This document shows positions 43,324 through 54,822 of a DNA stretch of 64,000 nucleotides, piece by piece. Position 1 is the stretch's first letter. Every line of letters starts with the position of its first letter. The notes beneath the pieces are model-generated. The model searched no databases. It was not told the origin of the DNA and saw nothing but the letters and a program-made list of their open reading frames with translations. The translations under genes and the position numbers were made by a program. Source of the DNA: Neophaeotheca triangularis (taxonomy: Eukaryota). The DNA lies in contig BAAIJX010000006.1 of NCBI GenBank assembly GCA_054600435.1, positions 682,001 to 746,000 on the forward strand, read 5' to 3'.

Positions 43324-45847
43324 ATGTCGGGCGACTTCAAGCTCTCTGCTTCCCTGAGAGGCCATGAAGACGATGTTCGTAAGCTCCTCAGAATCAACAC
43401 CTCTTTTCCCTCAACACTTGTCTGCATGAACATGTGTAGTGTTTGCATCCAACCCGCGCCATGTCTTCCTTTTGTCCAAAACGACAAACTTTGGCCAGCT
43501 CGACTAACCCACCTTAGGTTCGGGGAGTTGCCTTTCCCAGTGCAAGCACGATCTATTCGGCTTCGAGAGACACCACTGTTAAGCAGTGGAAGCTCACAGC
43601 CCCGAAACCTCCCGTATTCGATGATACCATCACTTTGCAGGGATCCAATTGGTTCAACTCCCTAGCTTACTCGTCACCCTCGAAACTCCACCCAGAAGGA
43701 TTGGTTGCAGCAGGTGGCCGTGAAACATTTGTATTTGTCAAAAAAGCTGGGTCGGCGCCGGAGGAAGATCCATATCGAATGCTCATCGGACATGCTGGGA
43801 ACGTCTCGTGTTTGGCCTTCAATCATGACGGCAGTAAGATCATTAGCGGAGGTTGGGACAGTCAAGTCTTCGTGTGGGATGTTGAGGGTGGGAACGTAAC
43901 TGCGGCACTTGAGGGCCACCAGGGCAACGTCTGGGGTGTTTTCGTCTACGACGAGCAGCTGGTCTTGACAGGTATGGCACGATTGATTCGATCAGAGATA
44001 AGAAAACGCTGACGACCACTTTAGCATGCGCAGATAAGATGATCAGGCTCTTCGACATGGACGGCAAGATGCTCAGAACCATCAAGGGGCACACAGATGT
44101 AGTGAGATGCTTCTGCAAGCTTCCAGAGGGCCACTGGTCCGGTGCCGCTTTCGCTTCGGCTGGAAACGATCAAGTCATTCGCTTCTGGTCACTTGAAGGT
44201 GCCCCAATGGGAGAAATGGACGGCCATACGGAGTACATCTATGGACTTGCGATTTTGCCCAACGGCGACATTGTGAGCTCCTCAGAGGACCGAACGGTCA
44301 AGATCTGGCGACATGGCGCATGCATACAGACTATCACCCACCCTGCGATCAGCATGTGGACGGTCGCGGCCTGTCAAGAGACGGGGGATATTGTGAGTGG
44401 AGGAAGTGACAAAATCCTGCGCGTCTTCTCGAGAGACCCGGAGAGACAAGGTGATGCCGAGACCCTCCGATCATTCGATGAAGCGAACCGTCAGTACGCT
44501 ATTCCCGCAGAAACGGCAAGTCAGGATCAACCATTTCAGAAGGAGAACTTGCCTGGCCCAGAAGCTCTGCAAACTCAGACAGGCCAGCGCGACGGACAGC
44601 AGCTTTTCATCCGCGAAAATGACGGCAGTGTGACTGCACACTTGTGGTCGAGTTCGAAGAGCCAATGGGACCTGATAGGAACGGTCGTCTCTGGTGAAGG
44701 CTCGGGAACTCAGAAGAAGATGTACAATGGTCAAGAATACGACTACGTCTTTGACATCGACATTGAGGACGGCAAGCCACCGCTCAAGCTACCCTACAAC
44801 CTCAGCCAAGATAACTGGACGGTGGCACAAAAATTCCTTGCGGATAATGAGCTCCCCATGACATATTACGAGCAGGTTGCAAACTGGATCGCGGACAACA
44901 CCAAAGGCGCTAGGTTAGGTCGTAGCGAGCCGGCTCCACAAGCGAGAGATCCTTGGGGCTCAGACAAGCGGTATCGTCCGGGTGACGCTGCTTCGTCTTC
45001 GACAGCTGGGACGAAGAAACTGCCACAGCGAAGCTTCATTCAAATCATCGAAGGCAACCCCGCGAACGCGATTTCTATCTTGCTGGAGAAGGGCAAAGTC
45101 GGTGATCTCCCACTCGATTCTGCCGACCTCAGCGCGCTGGAGAATCTGACGCCTCAAATGTCCAACAAGCAAGATCCACACCCTACTTCAAACCAAGTAT
45201 CGGCTCTGATGAAAGTCATTACGAAAGCTCAGGGCAAGCAACGAGTGCCCGCAGTCGGCGTGTTGGCTCTTTGTGCGGTCTCGCCATCCTTCGTCAGCAT
45301 CACCAGCGCCGGCGAGCAAACTATTGTCGATCAGCTCGCCGCTGCGAATCTATTCCAGCAACGGCAAGAATCCGCAAACAACGTCGTCCATGGGCTGCGA
45401 ACATTGGCCAATCTCTTCGCCTCTGAGGAAGGTCGTCTGATTGCCGATGGATGTTTTGATTCCGTCCTCGAGCTGGTGCGACCTTTCGCCACGGAACCAG
45501 AGTCTCCGGCTCAATTCAAAGCACTCGCAACCCTCTACCTAAACTATGCCGTTCTACTCACTTCGGGAGCACCAGCTTCGGAATCGAAATCCAGAGAAGC
45601 CCGTGCCGAGGCACTCCTCATCGACACGGCACGCATGCTCGAGTGCGAAAGCCCAGCCGCGAGCGACGCGGACGCAATGTTCCGCACTCTCTGCGCTTTC
45701 GGCACGTTGTTCACGCTTGGTCAAGATTTCCGGATGAAGCTCAAAGGAGCGGCTTCTGGGTCTTTGCACTTTGCCGCTAAGAACCCGGGCGCTCAGGGTT
45801 ACGAGACGCAACAGCTATTGCAGGAAATTAAGGACGAGCTGCGTTGA
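43324..45847 (+). CDS. DOA1: Ubiquitin homeostasis protein Doa1/Ufd3/Lub1 (WD40-PFU-PUL), 775 aa
   Basis: Exons 43324-43374, 43518-43971 and 44025-45847. FKLSASLRGHEDDVR N-terminus, WD40 repeats, PFU motif YDYVFDIDIEDGKPPLKLPYN, and C-terminal PUL helices. Confidence 0.95.
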
Positions 45848-46548
45848 AGCGAGCAAGCGAACATTCCAGCCGGGGCGTCTTTGCTAGCGTTTCTTTTCTC
45901 CAGTCACCAAAAGCGTCAGCATAATACATTCGTAGCGGTATTCTGGGGGGGGGGGGCTTTTATCATGGTGCATGGCTAAGCGACATAGACGAAGCACATG
46001 AGACATTGAGCGACGGAGGGCAAGGATATGTGGCTCAGAGAGGGCCGATTATGCCAAACAAGAGACAAACTTCAAGCTAGCTACTACTGTAACGTACGTA
46101 CACACGAGAATTGTTACTAGACACAGCTCTCCTCGACGTTGCACCACAGCCACCGAACAATGTTTTAGGGGAAAGCAGTCAACGTCTGCATGTCATGGTA
46201 TACCTCCTATTGGATACTCGTCTAATCATGGGTAATCCGCAAGAGCGCACCACAGCTCAACCGCTTTTGACTGCACAAGGCGAGCGACGGTCCCGTTCAG
46301 CCCGCCCAACGCCCCTTCAAACTCCTCGACTCCCAAACAAACGCTAGAGATACTCGTGATTCGTGAGAGCGCAGATGCGTCGTCTCGAAAACGCCTTGCC
46401 GTGTCCCCCCTCCCCCCACTCCTGGCAAAAATGCTTGCTTGGAAGAATCCAGTTCAAAGCCAGGACCCTAAGCCCCAGACAGGAGAACGAGAGAAAAAGG
46501 AAAAAAAAAAAGAAACTCAAAACAAATGTCCTGCGTCCGTCCGAGGCA

Positions 46549-47328
46549 TCACCGCGCACGCCCGGGGTGCAGGACTCTCCTCTCGACTCGAATGGGGTCG
46601 CTGTCGACGGCGACGAGGCTCGAAGCGCCGCTACTGGTGCCGGGGCCGCCCATTTTGATCAGCGTGACGCGCACGCGGTAGCTGCCGGCCTGTCTGATGA
46701 GCAGGGCGGGGAAGGAGAAGTAGCCCAGGGCCAGGCGGCAGGGGTGGCTGCGGGCCAGCGGGCTCGCGCACTCGGCCGGGATGGCGTGGATTGAGTCGAA
46801 CATTTTCTGGCCCGTGAGATTGCCGGCTTCGATGGGGATGCGGTCGCCGCTGCGCGTGTCGGCGACCAGGCTGGCGACGGCCAGGAGCCTTGAAGTGTCG
46901 ATTGTGCTGCTCGCGGGTTGCGTGTCGGGCGACGGCAGGAGGATGCTGATCATGGCTGAGGTGTCGATTGCCGTGCCCAGGGCTATGGAGCGCGGTGGGG
47001 GTTCGATGATGTCCATGACGAAGTTGAGAGGGTCGGGCATTGTGGCGAGGGGCTTGACGCCGTTGTCTTCGCGGCGGTGGCTGCGCTTGCGGCGGTCTTT
47101 GCGGTCCGGGGAGCTGTCCTGGCGCGGAGGGTTTGAGGATGGTGGCGGTGGCCGTTTGCTTGTTGCGTGGTGGTGGTGGTGGTTGCTGTGCTGCTTGTCC
47201 CGGCCATCTTTGTCGTCACGGTGGTGACTGCGGCGTGTCGAGGACGTCTTGGGGGAGCCGTAGCTGGTGTCGACTATGGTCGGTCCATTGGCGCTTCTCA
47301 GCAGGGTGCGTTGGGTGTATTCTGCCAT
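46549..47328 (-). CDS. Divergent velvet-domain-like protein, 259 aa
   Basis: First ATG at 47328. The C-terminal half has IEPPP, NLTG, GYFSFPALLIRQAGSYRVRVTL and SDPIRV in the velvet-domain order. The N-terminus is His/Arg-rich with an NLS-like RKDRRKRSHRR. Confidence 0.72.
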   Translation of the reverse strand: MAEYTQRTLLRSANGPTIVDTSYGSPKTSSTRRSHHRDDKDGRDKQHSNHHHHHATSKRPPPPSSNPPRQDSSPDRKDRRKRSHRREDNGVKPLATMPDPLNFVMDIIEPPPRSIALGTAIDTSAMISILLPSPDTQPASSTIDTSRLLAVASLVADTRSGDRIPIEAGNLTGQKMFDSIHAIPAECASPLARSHPCRLALGYFSFPALLIRQAGSYRVRVTLIKMGGPGTSSGASSLVAVDSDPIRVERRVLHPGRAR

Positions 47329-49460
47329 GACTAGTAGTCGTCGGTATGGGACCAAGGTTTGGTCTATTGACGGGCCGTTCCTGTCTAATGGATCTCCGTC
47401 GCTCCGAGTTGTGGACTTGTGGTTCAGAGTTGAAGCTTCTTGCTGCTGGCTCGAACTGTAAACCAAACGCACGGTACTATAAGAGACCTCATGTCAGCTC
47501 TTGCACTTGCACTTGCATTTGCATTTGCAGTATTTGGGGGTGGGGGAACTTGGAGTCATGACATATTCGTCGAGTTCGACTTACATGGTGGAGTTTGTTT
47601 TCTTTTGACAGGACGTTGATACCTGAATCGCGGGACGACTTGGCTGAACTTTGGTCGTTGGGTACGGAAGTGGGCTTGACGATCGAGACGATGGGGCGAT
47701 ATATGATGGGAGCAGGCTCTGAAGATGCGAGTGAAGGATTGGCTTATCCTCTAGCCGTCGATCCCGGGCATACCTTTTTATACAGGCCGGTAACCACTCG
47801 ATTGCCATCTTGCTAGCCAAGGCTGCTCCCGCCCTATCAAGCCATCGGGGAGGTCGATGCCGCAACACGCAATGTCTCGCGCCAGGGCATGGATGCCTCG
47901 AATCTTCCTCCGAGGGCGATCATCTGCTTCAGGGCCGAAGCCAACGGCGCAGAACATGTCCACTTGTGTCCTTTGGCATTTGAAATTGCACCCCTGCTCA
48001 AGACTAAAAGAGGCAAGGCAAGATGTTTGTCCCTCGGCCGTCCAGATGGCATCTCCCTCCTGTTTGATCTCGCAGGCCTTTTGAGTTAGGGCTGTTACGC
48101 GGCAACATGTCGCCACGAATACCACGCCGCCGTATCGGGATGGGTACAGAGTCGAGTGGCGCCGGTGCTGCGCGATTGGGACGTCGGGCAAACCAGCAAG
48201 AAGCACATGCCGGGGCGACATGGATGATGGGGGGGGGGGAGAAGATGAGGGAGGGGGGCACCGGGGGCTCGAGGCGCGGGCACGGTGGACAGTGACTGGC
48301 TTGATCGAGGGAAACGAGTCAAACGACGCAATGCTCATCCATTGTGTCGGAGAGGCACGTAGATCAGCCTTGACCCGTCATGCCGAACCACCGATCGACC
48401 GTCCCGAGCATCTGAGTTCCGCCTCGCTGGAATCCGAAATGGCCCTGGGCAGTGGACATGGATATGGACATGGGTGATGCTGGCACGAATTACTGCGCCC
48501 AATACAGACACTGCCCCACCAGTACAGTGCGACAGGCATAGTACCCGGGCAACTTGTCTTGACTCTTCACACGGTCCCCACCCCTTCCAGCCCACAGCAA
48601 TAGCAGCAGCCAGTGCTTGCCTATTAGCGAAGTGATTGCAGCGCTTTAAGCGACTGGGCGACCCAATAGCGTTGCTCGCGCATGCTTTTGTCGTGCTCCT
48701 CCCACATGACGATGCGCCACACATGGAAGATACGTAGCTTAAGGTACCAGGTACCTGACCATTCACTCACGCACCGAGCACATCCGCGACTGGGGCCACA
48801 GCAATGAAGCCGCGCCATAGGCCATCAGAGAGAGTTGCCCGGACCAAGACGTCCACCGTGAACGGTGAAGAGACTAGGTAAGGTACGAGTTGGGGTTGGG
48901 CATTGGGCATTGGGCATTACATCATAGACAATAACAATAATACCTACCTACCTACTAGGTATGTAGGTAAACGAATAAAGTCATGGACTAAAAAAGAAAG
49001 GCATGTATACACCTAGGTAGCTACTTATTATTACATGGCTAGTAACTGCATCATCATGTGCGTCCCGGGGAAGGATCCGCTTGACTCAGGTCCGCCAGAT
49101 TTGGTATCACACCCCGACGTAGTACTTGGCAATAATGCATTACTGTACCTAGGTAGGTCTATATACAGTAGAATGTACGTTAGATGCCGTGTAACAACAT
49201 GGCCCTACTCGCACCCCGTTTTGGGCCAAATTACTGACCTGTCACTTTCCAACTTGGTCTATCCGACCGCGCGTCACTAGCACTCCTATTCTAACCCAAA
49301 AGCCACGGCTTGTTATTGTTGTTGTTGTTGCTGTTCTTCTGCTTCTTCTTCTGCTTTAAGAGTATGTACCCTTATTAACGACAACTTACATAACCTTGAA
49401 CCTCTTACTATTAACGCCTTCTGTACCTCTTTATCATCTTGCCTGATATAGTGAAAAGTC

Positions 49461-49462
<2 letters not shown>

Positions 49463-49492
<30 letters not shown>
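49463..49492. repeat. (CT)15 microsatellite
   Basis: Direct reading. Confidence 0.95.
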
Positions 49493-49494
<2 letters not shown>

Positions 49495-51566
49495 AAGACT
49501 CTACTTGGCCCACTCACCGCAAGCAGCCGAACATCTCACACGCGACAAGGCATGTAATCCACGTCTAGGTAACCAGTGCAGGTATCCGCTGCACTTCGCC
49601 TCGACATTCCGACGAGACATCTCACAAGGTCACGATTCACGATCTACCTGATACGTCCGAGGTAAAGGGTTCATGTATCTATCCATTTGCCAAAGCTGTA
49701 AGGCTAGATGAAGCCCTACAAGCAAGTACTGTATATACAGCAGTGGATTGATGCACTGCTGAGCCTCGGTAGACGGTAGCATCTCATCTCATCTCATCTC
49801 ATCTAATACCCATCAAACATCAAACGCCTGTGCGAGTGCGTGTGCGATGCTGTGACATAGCTACAGCACCTACCTTAGGTAGCTTCCATCAAGTGCGACT
49901 CTTCTCATGCAGGTACGGAATCTCATCTGATCGTATATAGAAGGTAACCGACCAGGTCACTACCCGGGCCGATCGACCACTGTCACGGGACCGTGTCCCA
50001 TCCATGTCCCATACTACATGCGTCGTCCCAGCCTCTCGGGTTCACAACTAATAAGGTACCCCCGATAGCGATCAGCCCTAGATCTGGAATCTGCTATCAA
50101 AACGACAAGGATACCAAAACACCCCTGCGGCGGAACCCGCTGGATCAGGTGTACGATACATCGCTTAGATGCATTGCGCAGGTAATCATTCATGAGCTAC
50201 CTTAGCATCCAGCCGTTCAACCAACGACGGTGCTTCGATCTTCCCGGCTCCCTCTCGATCGAAGCATGACGGCGGCGCCCTGTGTTCGCAGCACGATACC
50301 GACCGCCTGCACACCCCAGATTGCAACTTGCTGGGTCCCAAGTGTCGCTCGAGCACGAAGGATCCGATCAGCGCTGCCTTGCTGACCCCAGCCTGGCAGC
50401 CAGCCCCTGTCCCCAACTTACCCAGCAGCAGCAGCCCCAACAATTCCAGTCCAAGTAGACCCTTTCAAAACGATCGTCCAAATCAACCGACCGACAAGAG
50501 ATCTGCTCGAATCTCTTACCGCTCGAGACGAGTTTCATCTCAACGTGCACAGTCCAGTCCACGCTTGACTCGCCATAGAACCAACCACTCGCCATCAAGG
50601 ACCGCCTCGAAACTCCTCGGTCTTCACTCTCTCGGAAACAAATCCGCCTCCGCCCATGCCTCTTGTGCTGCACACTGGAGGCGAGCATACCTCTTACAAT
50701 AGTACTTCCAAAAGGGCAACGGAAAAGCCCCGCACGCTCTCTCTCTCTGTCCAGAAAGCGGCGCCCAAACTCCCCCCTCCATCACGATGCCCTTCCCACC
50801 TCGTTAGGCCTCGTCGCCGGAACTTTTGTGACAGATGCTCACACGAACGACAGCCCTAAAGCCAACACCCGCCTGCCTCCCCGGCGAGATGAAAGTCCCC
50901 CCCTTGGTCTCCAAGCTAAAACACCCAAAGTCGGCCGGCACGATGCCCTCCACTTCCCCTTCCCCCAATTTCTCACCTCCCCTCCCCTCCTCGAAATGCC
51001 CTCGCTTAGAACCCAAGTAAGCAGACAACGCGCATAGGTAGTAATATCCCAGCCCAAGCCAAGCCAAGCCAACCAGCGACAGATAACTACCAGATAGCGC
51101 TGAGCAAAGCAGAGCGCCTCGTCCAGCAAGCCAGCCAGCCAGCCAGCCAGCGCTCGCCCTAAAACTGGGGGAAAATTCCTCCTCTTCACTGAGTCTGCAA
51201 GCGCGGCCGCCGCCGCTGTAACAGCAGAAAAGTTGAAATGCGTCGAACGGTCTGCGCGCTGGAGCTGCCGAGTCCGAGCCTCAGGTCGTTTGGCGAGGAA
51301 GCGGCATGGCTCTAGCGGTGCGGTTGGGTAGGGCTGTTTTCTTTTTTTTTCTCCTTTTTTTTTTTTTTTGGCGGGCAGGCTCTACAGAGCTGGAGCTGAA
51401 GATGTGCGAAAGTTCCATGGTGGGGCTTGCGGTGGGTTGTTTTGGTGATACCCATGTCACGATCTATATTTTGGTTTTGGTTTTAGTGGGGGAGGGGGGT
51501 TTCTTTAATGTCGGAGCCTGTGGGCAAGGGGTTGGCATCTTTTCTTGCTTGTTTTACTTATCTCCC

Positions 51567-51625
51567 TACTTACTTACTTACCTACCTACCTACCTACCTA
51601 CCTACCTACCTACCTACCTACCTAC
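51567..51625. repeat. Compound (TACT)3(TACC)11 microsatellite
   Basis: Direct reading. An imperfect (CATC)n run follows at ~51788-51823. Confidence 0.95.
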
Positions 51626-52854
51626 ACATCTACAAAACAGAGACAGGGGACACACCTATGCCAGTAGAGTGTAGACTAATCGATTGTATACATTTCCGGC
51701 CAGTTTGCTCGGTCGAGTAACTACTACTGCGTGGGTAGCCGATACGTATCGTAACTCCAAGGTACGGGAGTTCGAGAGGCGGAGGATCCATCCATTCATC
51801 CATCCATCCATCCATCCATCCATCCCCCATCCTCTGATGTTTTTAGATAGAAAATCATTTGCCGACTCGTCGAGGCTCTCGCGGGAATCCCGTAACAACC
51901 TGTCCTGCTTCCCCCATTTCCCCCTTTGGCAGCTAGCTATCCTCTCCCCTTGCAGTCTTTTGACCTATCAACGTACAGACTCCACCAAAGAATAAAGAAG
52001 GGAAACAAAAACACAACCAACATACCATCACAACAGGAAGAGAGTAGCATACGAAAAAATCCCGCTAGAAGCAAAAAACAAAAAGAGGGTCACAGCAGTA
52101 CACAGAATCTAATAGACCTAAGATAACACACCCAAGTAGTCCTAACCCCCCTCCCATTCATCATCAAAATCTCAGCACCAAGAAGAAAGAAAACACGCAA
52201 AAGGCCGTTACTCGTACAAAAAAAGGGTAATTCGTAAAACCCTCCAAACACAATGTTGTTCATCGTCTGAAATTTTCCCTCGTCGCAGAGTTAGGGAAAC
52301 TCTGTAGATGGTCTCAGCCCCAGCACAATCGATTCGTCCGTTTATTACATCCATAGCATCGTTGCCCGAGGACTTTCTTGTTGCCTTTTGAGCAGAGAGA
52401 GGGAGAGAGACAGAGAAGAGGAACCTCGCTTCCTCTTTTTTTTTTCTTCTTCTCGTCCAACCCCCGATTCCCCGTCATGACACCGTGAGAACGCTCGAAA
52501 GGGGAAGTGCGCACGTCTCGAGAAGTGAAGAAAAACGGAGAAGCACGCCGTGTCCGTCATGTGCGCTGCGAGGAGAGCGGCGGCCGCTTCTAGTGCCGTC
52601 GAAAGCAGCAGTTTGGCGTTCAAGACTGCGGTGTCCCAAACGCGACACAAGCAAAGCGAGACAATGCTCGGTGAAATGCAAGCACGACCGAAAAAAAAGA
52701 GAGAAAAAAAAAAAAGAAAAGAGAAGAAAAAAGAAGAGAAAAAAACCCCCCAACAACGCGAGCGCGTGCCTCTGCAAAACAGGCTCCAACCAAACCAAAC
52801 CGTGGTGAAAATCAAGGCCCCCCTCCCCCCGGCTTCCCCTTTCATAGTCTCCGC

Positions 52855-54822
52855 TCATACCCGCCCCTCCTCTTGAACCGCCCTTCCCAAATCACTCCCA
52901 TGTCTGCTCCTCCCCACCCGACTCCCCGAGCTCTTGCTCCCATGATAACTCCTCTCCCTCCCGCTCGAGCCCCCGATAACCAACTGCGGCGGCCCTCCAT
53001 CCTCACCAGCTCGAAACTGGATATTGGCTTCGCCGTGAATATACAGTGTCGTGTCGCCTGAACGTATCTGTATGCCCTCGCCGCCACCACCGTTGTTGGT
53101 GCTGGACGACTTGCGCGAGTGGCCGGACTTGCGGCTGTGGGCGGAAGCGTGGGATTTGCTGTCGGAGGAGCGGCGCAGGTTCTGCGCTTGAGAATGAGCC
53201 ATGCTCTCGGCCGTACGCGTAGCGTTGGTCGCGCCACCGCGCGAGCTGGTTTGATAGGCTTCGACTTCTTCGAGCTTCTGCGTTTGTTGTAAACGGCGGA
53301 TGTGTTCTTTATCGACTTGTCCGTCTGCGTTCTCGATGACGACTTTAGAGAGGCCTGAGCCGGAGCATGAAGATAGCGTGGTTGCTCCCGTCCGGCCCGA
53401 GGCGTTTGTAGAGACTGAGGGTTGTCTGCTGATGGAGGAGTGGTGGCTCGAGTGTTGCTTGACGATCGGCCGAGTGGTGGGACGATGGCCTCGGTCCGAT
53501 GAAGGGTGATGGTCCTTGTTGCGACCATGGTCTGAGTGAGGTGCGCGAGGCAACCGTTCGCGCGAGCGTGTGGGTTGAAACACCACGGGATCGGTTTGAC
53601 GCGTGTTGAATGATGGACGCCGGGGTCGTGAGTCATGAAGGTTGTGTTCATTCCTAGACATGCGTCGAGTGGGTACCTTGAGAATCGGAGGTGGCATTTC
53701 CCTGCTGTCATGGCGGCCACGAGGTCGTCGTGTTTGTCGCCGTCGTCCATCTCCCGAAGACTCCGACGACGAAGAGATGTATGATTCGGAACCGGATGAG
53801 TAGCCTGATGATTCTGCTTCCATCGGAAAGGTGCCTGGCATATCGGGATATCTTGCTGATACCGGATTCGTGGAGCTTGCCCGATTTGCGCTGGGCTTGA
53901 AGCTCCTTTGGTGGTGATAGTGGTCGTAGCCAGCGAGGGGCGGTGCCGTTGGTTGTCGCGCCGATATAGTTGGTTGATCCGCGCGGTACTGAGGGGACGG
54001 AGGCGTGTATTGTGGGACTGACGGTTGCGGATAGCCAGGGAAGGTCGTGTTTGGGGGGGTGGTGCCAATGTAGCAACCTTGAGGGTGATACTGGCCGTAT
54101 TGCTGTCCGAAGGATCCATATGGGAGATTTTGATAAGCCGAGGGCGAAGGAGGTGGACCATGTTGGGCTGGAACACCGGCGTAATTCTGGGGTACACTAT
54201 ATCCAGGCACCATACCTGCATGGTAGCTTTGGGGTCTTGCTACATACGGTTTGGAGGCAGACGTTGCTCGAGGTCTCGCTGTAGTGGTCGGGGCAGGCAT
54301 TTGTTGCGGTGGCGGCACTGGCTGGTATTGCGAGGGCTGAGCCATGTACTGCTGTGTTTGTCCCGTATGTTGTGCCCATTGATGCTGTGGTCGCAAAGGC
54401 ACCTGCTGCTCCCACATAGTATACCTCCGCTCGGGATTCCTTGCGACCATACATGCTGTATGACTGCAATTAATATCAGCGCAAGGAGACTTGGACACAG
54501 AAGGCGATCTCGAAGGCACGGAAGGTCTGCTTTGGGAAGCTTCGCGCATTCTCGCAACAGGCTTCTTCTGCGTTGGGCTCGACGGCGCAGACTGCCTCGG
54601 TACAGGGGCCACTGCCATGTAACCCTGGCCCGGAGAAGCAGTTGCCGATGTGGCACTCGCGCGTGACGAGTAGCCAGAGTCGCTGGCCGCAGTTCGACCG
54701 TTCGCATGCTGGGCAACGAGTTTGGAGTAGGAGGCCGGTCTCTTGGTGGCATCGAGTCGAGTATTGGGCTTGACGGTATTCTTGTCGTCGTCGAAGTCCT
54801 CGGAAAACGCAGGCTGAGCCAT
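52855..54822 (-). CDS. Hypothetical 655-aa Pro/Ser/Arg-rich disordered protein
   Basis: Long ATG-initiated ORF with SDSGYSS motif, Cys motif CADINCSHTAC, and a small beta-like C-terminal segment GIQIRSGDTTLYIHG...PQLVIGG. Confidence 0.8.
   Translation of the reverse strand: MAQPAFSEDFDDDKNTVKPNTRLDATKRPASYSKLVAQHANGRTAASDSGYSSRASATSATASPGQGYMAVAPVPRQSAPSSPTQKKPVARMREASQSRPSVPSRSPSVSKSPCADINCSHTACMVARNPERRYTMWEQQVPLRPQHQWAQHTGQTQQYMAQPSQYQPVPPPQQMPAPTTTARPRATSASKPYVARPQSYHAGMVPGYSVPQNYAGVPAQHGPPPSPSAYQNLPYGSFGQQYGQYHPQGCYIGTTPPNTTFPGYPQPSVPQYTPPSPQYRADQPTISARQPTAPPLAGYDHYHHQRSFKPSANRASSTNPVSARYPDMPGTFPMEAESSGYSSGSESYISSSSESSGDGRRRQTRRPRGRHDSREMPPPILKVPTRRMSRNEHNLHDSRPRRPSFNTRQTDPVVFQPTRSRERLPRAPHSDHGRNKDHHPSSDRGHRPTTRPIVKQHSSHHSSISRQPSVSTNASGRTGATTLSSCSGSGLSKVVIENADGQVDKEHIRRLQQTQKLEEVEAYQTSSRGGATNATRTAESMAHSQAQNLRRSSDSKSHASAHSRKSGHSRKSSSTNNGGGGEGIQIRSGDTTLYIHGEANIQFRAGEDGGPPQLVIGGSSGRERSYHGSKSSGSRVGRSRHGSDLGRAVQEEGRV

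Noticed and set aside
43375..43517. Stwintron ([D4,5]-type) interpretation of DOA1 intron 1
   Set aside because: No internal acceptor regenerates a valid external donor, and there is no internal branch point.
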